A DNA stretch of 64,000 bases from positions 159,677,188-159,741,187 of the forward strand of contig NC_068981.1 in NCBI RefSeq assembly GCF_001194135.2, given 5' to 3'. Numbering within the stretch: position 1 is the first letter of the stretch; each line of letters begins with the position of its first letter. This stretch comes from Octopus bimaculoides. Its lineage: Eukaryota. The translations under genes were made by a program, and so were the position numbers. The notes beneath the pieces are model-generated. The model had not been told where the DNA came from. It ran no database searches and saw only the letters and a list, made by a program, of their open reading frames with translations. Shown piece by piece: positions 61,439 to 64,000 of the stretch.

Positions 61439-63294
61439 CACGCACATAAACACACACACATACACCTTGCACCGGAAATCATGTAGACACTCATTCTGAG
61501 AACTACCATCTTATGAAACACTTTCTCGTATTTCATTTTTGTATTTGGTTGCAAGATTTTTGATGTGATCTCATGCATTGAAACAAATTTTCTTTATCTT
61601 GTGAAGGATCATTACATTACTAATAAATACATACACTGGTCCAATTTCACTTTTTTTAATTATTAGTCAACAGGTTTATTTATCCAGCAAGCTAATTGAT
61701 CGCTTGTTTAATCAGTCAGTTAAACAATCAGTCTGTTGTTTGTCAAAGTTCTTTTGGCACTATTTACCACCTCATCAATTATATGCCCTCTTATCTCCAG
61801 GTTTGCTTCAAAATTTTACTCTTTGCCATCATTTTTGATATTATTATTGTGCATCCTTGTATGTTGCATAAATATTTCATTAAGTGCTTGTTAAAACCCT
61901 CAGCTCCAGTTGCCCAGGCCACAATTTTAACTCTATGCTGTGAAAAAAAAAACATTAATAACTAATAATTACATTCAGTCTATTATCATTATATAAAATT
62001 ATAAAAATGAATAGAATCCACTTACCAGGAACCAATAATAGCAAAACAGCTTAACATCATAAACCTCAATATATCAATATTAAAAACTGACTAGACATGG
62101 GAACCAATTCTTGCCAGAAAGGAATATTTGAATTGAATTGGTCCTTAGAATAATATTCAATTGACCTGAGAAAATTGGAAATAAAGTCATTTCGAAAAGA
62201 TTTCAGGTGAGAATCTGTGAAGAAAGAAAGCTAAATACTGCAAGTTCAGTGGATGTGCTACCATTTCTGCCAATTCTGCCAACCTGATAGCAATAAAATT
62301 CAAAAATAGAAAATCCCAGATTTCATAAAAGTATGTTTTTAAAAATCAAACAAATAATTATAGATATTTACCGTTTCAAATAAGGAAAATGCTGTATATA
62401 ACAATAAAAAGTATGTGTCAACTTTACCTTGCATATGACTTCCTGGAATCTGTCCAGAAACTGCAGGTGGATTTGGACTATTATTGTACTGAGCATCTGG
62501 TACAGGAGGAGTTGCATGTGAAAGAAGAGGAGGTCTTGAACTTGTGGGTGGGGGTCCAATTCCACCCATGTTACTTGTGGGAAGTGGTGGTCTTGGAGCT
62601 CTACTCATAGGTGGCATACTTCCAATAGCACTGCTGGTGTTTGGATTTACAGGTCCCATATTATAACCAGGGATTTGCTGATGCTGTTGCTGATTTTGTA
62701 ATGGTTGAGATGGTAATGGAGGCCTCATAGATCCTGTTGTTGAAGGATGACCGGCTGCAGGGTAAGTAGGTTTGGACTCACTAGAAAAGGGTACAATATT
62801 CTGTGGGGGGCCCATGGAATTTTTAGGGTACTGGGCAATGGAATTAGGTTCCATACTGCTGGGGCCATTAACAAAAGGTTGTGAAGACATAGGGGGAGGA
62901 TGAGGAGCACTCCCAGAAGAAGGAACTAACATTCGAGGCCCACTATCTGATGGACCATATTGACCAAATGAACCTACATTTTGGGATGAAGCATAATTAT
63001 ATGATTGCCCTGATGACATTCTGGGAGGCCCACTTCTAACTGTGTTCATAGCTTGAGAATGACCTATAGATGGAGGGCTACTAAAACCATTATAACTATT
63101 TGAGAGTGGAGGCAGTTGACCTTGTGATTGTGGATGCTGTTGTTGTGGCTGCTGCAACTGAGTAGGAGGCATTGAAGTCATCCCACTTGGTACATTAGCT
63201 TGTGGTTGGTAATTAGACATTGGAACATTCTGTGGTGAACCAAAAACTCCAGGAGGTGGTCCACTTTTCCTAGGCATAGGCGGTGCTGACATTG
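18401..63294 (-). CDS. Sec24AB: Sec24A/B-type COPII coat cargo-adaptor gene, 21 coding exons, ~1228 aa (spliced span)
   Basis: Hand-spliced exons give an uninterrupted frame containing [24 protein letters not shown]...[10 protein letters not shown] (Zn finger), [67 protein letters not shown] and EDRTES...SYYEF. These match SEC24A/B motifs as I recall them. All 20 introns are GT-AG with compatible phases. Confidence 0.97.
18790..18893 (-). CDS. Sec24AB: Sec24AB coding exon 20 (104 nt)
   Basis: Acceptor tctttacaaag|ACT; donor CTT CG|gtaaga; [35 protein letters not shown]. Confidence 0.94.
18991..19101 (+). mobile_element. Very short tRNA-derived SINE or tRNA pseudogene with (AAT)n tail
   Basis: A-box TGGCGTAATGG (19000-19010), anticodon-like GGG CTACTAA CCC, B-box GAGTTCGATTCC, then GACCTG(AAT)n; the acceptor stem does not pair. 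Confidence 0.7.
19455..19832 (-). mobile_element. RTE 3'-end copy with internal tandem units
   Basis: GTTTAACGTCCGCTTTCCATGCTAGCATGGG...; repeated CACAAGAGCCAG...GGGCACCGGCAACGATCTCGCT units. Confidence 0.85.
19931..20128 (-). CDS. Sec24AB: Sec24AB coding exon 19 (198 nt, phase 0-0, gelsolin-like domain)
   Basis: Acceptor cttttgcag|CAC; donor CTG|gtaagt; [42 protein letters not shown]...SSLCDGL. Confidence 0.95.
20785..21405 (+). mobile_element. Two RTE 3'-end copies (20785-20920 and 21235-21405)
   Basis: GGGCATCCATCTGTAGAAACTCTGCC...GTCCAACCCATGCCAG.ATGGAAAGCAGACGTTAAACGATGATG, the reverse complement of the 19455 copy. Confidence 0.85.
21779..22140 (+). mobile_element. SINE family A copy (tRNA-like head, CORE-like CCTTGG..AAG block, internal microsatellite)
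   Basis: TGGTTGTGTG.TTAAGAAGCTTGCTTC.CAACCACATGGTTTCAGGTTCAGTCCC... Other copies: 24258-24660 (+), 33236-33630 (-), 37205-37578 (-), 48800-49185 (-), 49612-49715 (+), 53902-54265 (-), 55790-55935 (+). Confidence 0.85.
22162..22296 (-). CDS. Sec24AB: Sec24AB coding exon 18 (135 nt)
   Basis: Acceptor ttcttgcag|AAG; donor GAG|gttagt; [45 protein letters not shown]. Confidence 0.95.
22395..22977 (+). mobile_element. Non-autonomous Helitron/Helentron-like element (putative)
   Basis: Starts AACAAGAGCACTCAGAGAGTGCAAATCTCTGCCAAGGC; internal direct repeat ATCCAGAATCCTTGTCCGGT (~22567, ~22792); AAAGTTTCATCTGAATCC block; 3' hairpin GCCTT-CGCT-AAGGC (22951-22964). Confidence 0.5.
23030..23240 (-). mobile_element. 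SINE family B copy (CpG-decayed)
   Basis: Full-length similarity to the 4386 and 59920 copies, with many CG>TG/CA changes. Further decayed copies at ~16010-16130, 17285-17360, 27770-27955 and 45400-45570. Confidence 0.85.
23451..23629 (-). CDS. Sec24AB: Sec24AB coding exon 17 (179 nt, helical domain)
   Basis: Acceptor actttcag|CT; donor AGT|gtaagt; [18 protein letters not shown]...[15 protein letters not shown]. Confidence 0.96.
24067..24177 (-). CDS. Sec24AB: Sec24AB coding exon 16 (111 nt)
   Basis: Acceptor ttttttaaag|GG; donor ATG G|gtaagt; [37 protein letters not shown]. Confidence 0.97.
24258..24660 (+). mobile_element. SINE family A copy
   Basis: GTAGTTGTGTGGCAAGATGTTTGCTTCCCAACCACATAG..CAGTCCCACTGCGTGGCATCTTGGGCAAGTGTCTT...GGCCACAGTCAAATGACTGAAACAAGTAAA. 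Confidence 0.85.
24722..24895 (-). CDS. Sec24AB: Sec24AB coding exon 15 (174 nt, beta-barrel)
   Basis: Acceptor tcattttcag|GT; donor AAA G|gtaaat; [31 protein letters not shown]...[11 protein letters not shown]. Confidence 0.97.
25523..25681 (-). CDS. Sec24AB: Sec24AB coding exon 14 (159 nt)
   Basis: Acceptor tatttgcag|CC; donor AGA G|gtaagt; [17 protein letters not shown]...[15 protein letters not shown]. Confidence 0.97.
26016..27240 (-). mobile_element. RTE-clade LINE 3' fragment (ORF2 C-terminus incl. PHD-like finger, 3' UTR and (GAT)n tail)
   Basis: Minus translation [10 protein letters not shown]...[11 protein letters not shown] / [22 protein letters not shown]...FVCDRC / [42 protein letters not shown]; the YLG...RI..GW.KF.EL pattern is typical of RTE; tail at 26016-26040. 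Confidence 0.85.
27365..27488 (-). CDS. Sec24AB: Sec24AB coding exon 13 (124 nt)
   Basis: Acceptor gcattttag|AAT; donor GTT G|gtgagt; [41 protein letters not shown]. Confidence 0.96.
31298..31554 (-). CDS. Sec24AB: Sec24AB coding exon 12 (257 nt, trunk domain)
   Basis: Acceptor ttttttgtag|AT; donor AAG|gtatgt; [14 protein letters not shown]...[31 protein letters not shown]. Confidence 0.97.
33131..33715 (+). mobile_element. hAT-type MITE remnant interrupted by a SINE family A copy (33236-33630, minus)
   Basis: CAGTGTTCTGCAACCTTTTT terminus and GCACAC subterminal motifs on both sides of the SINE; right terminus not found. Confidence 0.5.
33787..33951 (-). CDS. Sec24AB: Sec24AB coding exon 11 (165 nt, trunk domain)
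   Basis: Acceptor atttttcag|GT; donor GAT G|gtaagt; [54 protein letters not shown]. Confidence 0.96.
34771..34837 (-). CDS. Sec24AB: Sec24AB coding exon 10 (67 nt)
   Basis: Acceptor atatttccag|TTG; donor ACT G|gtgtgt; [23 protein letters not shown]. Confidence 0.95.
35859..35968 (-). CDS. Sec24AB: Sec24AB coding exon 9 (110 nt)
   Basis: Acceptor tctttacag|TA CCA; donor ATG|gtgcgt; [37 protein letters not shown]. Confidence 0.96.
38720..40900 (-). mobile_element. Highly decayed CR1/L2-group LINE, interrupted by an RTE 3'-end copy (39383-39680)
   Basis: ORF 38813-39058 [39 protein letters not shown] resembles the LINE piece at 5175-6113. PLGTSGH-like and PVSCL-like remnants lie further 5'. 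Confidence 0.55.
41361..41710. mobile_element. hAT (Charlie-like) MITE with perfect 8-bp TSD
   Basis: TIRs CAGGGTTTCTCAA / CTGAGAACCACTG; ATATACAG at 41353-41360 and 41711-41718; repeated GGACCCC subterminal motifs. A related decayed copy lies at ~31610-31890. Confidence 0.9.
41755..42060 (+). mobile_element. RTE 3'-end copy
   Basis: Ends ...GCTAGCAAGGAAAGCGGACGTTAAACGACGATGATGATG. Confidence 0.88.
42534..42965 (-). mobile_element. RTE 3'-end copy incl. the last ORF2 codons
   Basis: ORF 42731-42967 [30 protein letters not shown] is the typical RTE ORF2 C-terminus (GRPRKTW). Similar copies at 47290-47800 (-), 50600-50910 (+), 55998-56150 (-) and 61113-61290 (-). Confidence 0.88.
44006..44132 (-). 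CDS. Sec24AB: Sec24AB coding exon 8 (127 nt, zinc finger)
   Basis: Acceptor ttttgcag|CAG CTG; donor GAC T|gtaagt; [42 protein letters not shown]. Confidence 0.97.
46953..47055 (-). CDS. Sec24AB: Sec24AB coding exon 7 (103 nt)
   Basis: Acceptor ttatttccag|C ATA; donor ACG|gtacgt; [34 protein letters not shown]. Confidence 0.96.
48624..48742 (-). CDS. Sec24AB: Sec24AB coding exon 6 (119 nt)
   Basis: Acceptor tatttcatag|GAC; donor CCA GA|gtgagt; [39 protein letters not shown](D), equivalent to the VNLLQER...NCNPE region. Confidence 0.9.
51319..51582 (-). CDS. Sec24AB: Sec24AB coding exon 5 (264 nt, Q/P-rich)
   Basis: Acceptor tttcatttcag|CCT; donor ACA AAG|gtattg; PSQMQSP...QQPPQQ...GGMSNLSTK. 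Confidence 0.9.
52230..53200 (-). mobile_element. Decayed LINE-like fragment (probably CR1/L2 group)
   Basis: GC-richer, coding-like stretch inside an intron with no open frame; family call from weak resemblance only. A similar stretch lies at ~44330-45200. Confidence 0.3.
53448..53536 (-). CDS. Sec24AB: Sec24AB coding exon 4 (89 nt, phase 1-0)
   Basis: Acceptor tatcttttcag|TG TCC; donor CAA ATG|gtaatt; [30 protein letters not shown]; supplies the needed phase 1 to 0 change. Confidence 0.88.
54367..54465 (-). CDS. Sec24AB: Sec24AB coding exon 3 (99 nt, phase 1-1)
   Basis: Acceptor tcattttcag|GC CCA; donor CCA A|gtaagc; [33 protein letters not shown]. Confidence 0.82.
58089..59003. repeat. 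Compound (TA)n/(TACA)n microsatellite spanning a gap
   Basis: Direct inspection. Other runs: (TA)n 10971-11016, (GA)n 56424-56476, (CT)n(CA)n 61055-61110, (TA)n 61303-61438. Confidence 0.95.
59265..59387 (-). CDS. Sec24AB: Sec24AB coding exon 2 (123 nt, phase 1-1)
   Basis: Acceptor tttttatttccatgccag|GG GGT GCC; donor TCA G|gttggg (weak); [40 protein letters not shown] keeps frame; no homology anchor. Confidence 0.65.
59920..60080 (-). mobile_element. SINE family B copy (little decayed)
   Basis: TTCTACTCTAGGCACAAGGCCCGAAATTTTGGGG...GATCGACCCCAG...ATCGACCCCGAAAGGATGAAAGGCAAAGTCGACCTC. Confidence 0.88.
62428..63294 (-). CDS. Sec24AB: Sec24AB coding exon 1 (P/Q/S/G/M-rich; candidate ATG at 63292)
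   Basis: Acceptor tttttttccag|CA ATG TCA GCA; donor ATG CAA G|gtaaagt (phase 1); open frame [15 protein letters not shown]...SHMQG. Confidence 0.9.
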
Positions 63295-64000
63295 CTGGAA
63301 AAAAAAAAATCAAGAAAATATATATTAGAAAGTTAGAAAATGCTAAATCAATTTTATCTTAAATTCTATCACTACCCTACCTTTCATTTTAACAAAATAT
63401 TTATACAAACCTTGAGTTGCAATTAACCAAGTGAATAAATTTGCAGGTTCACTATACAAATATACACAGCCATTAACAACTAACTTGTATGATATTATAA
63501 GCTTTAATTTCAAACTGAAAAAATAATCAAGGCCCAGTGGTGGCAGGTGTTCTGTCGTGTAACAGGTAAAGCAGTCACCAAACATGCAACATACAGTAAT
63601 CACTCACCATATCATGGTTCACCTATTGTGCCCTTAGTATATTGCGGCTTTTTCTAGCTAATATATGTAAATTTATATCATGGGTTTCTGTGGCCGATAG
63701 GTATTCATATTTTTTTAGATAAATAAAAATCTCAGATGAAATACCAGTTTATTGTGTTTCGATAATTTGAAGAATTTCATACTAAGTTACTTCAGATTTA
63801 ACAAAAGCAAAAGCATAAACCAAAGGCAAAGTGCAAGATCCATTTACAAGAGTATGAATGGTAACTGATCACTAGCTGGAACAAAATACACACACACACC
63901 TTTAGAACATATATAGATCCATTTATTATCCTATGCAAATTTAAAATTGGCTAAATGTTCTCTTTTTAAACTAAATTTTCTAATAATAGTCTATTTTTAT

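Noticed and set aside
1-64000. CRISPR arrays, operons, rRNA genes or prokaryotic/viral systems
   Set aside because: The sequence is an intron-rich animal locus. The repeated units are dispersed SINE/LINE copies and microsatellites, not repeat-spacer arrays.

Overview
AT-rich, microsatellite- and repeat-dense eukaryotic DNA with eight N gaps (3024-3233, 9263-9802, 12256-12284, 13867-13876, 17989-18120, 43013-43022, 56477-56865, 58368-58928). The repeat families resemble those I recall from octopus genomes (inference, not verified). One protein-coding gene is well supported: a minus-strand Sec24A/B-type COPII coat cargo adaptor. I reconstructed 21 coding exons by hand between 63294 and 18401, all with GT-AG sites and matching phases. 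They give 3687 nt (1228 aa + stop) if the ATG at 63292 is the start. The protein has a long P/Q/S/G-rich N-terminus, then the zinc finger, trunk, beta-barrel, helical and gelsolin-like domains. The 5' UTR or first exon is unresolved. Positions 1-12.6 kb are intergenic and TE-packed: a foldback element, a decayed Penelope-like element (RT + GIY-YIG), a CR1/L2-group LINE with nested SINEs, a Tx1/L1-like remnant, a mariner remnant and tRNA-derived SINEs. The introns carry many SINE and RTE-tail copies in both orientations, hAT MITEs and LINE fragments. I found no clearly new biological system. The best leads are inverted repeats bracketing in-frame exons, symmetric candidate cassette exons in the disordered N-terminus, a possible ~5.6 kb 3' UTR with a hairpin, a CpG-decay boundary and a PHD finger inside an RTE ORF2. 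Nearly all other ORFs in the track are noise from microsatellites, gaps or TEs.
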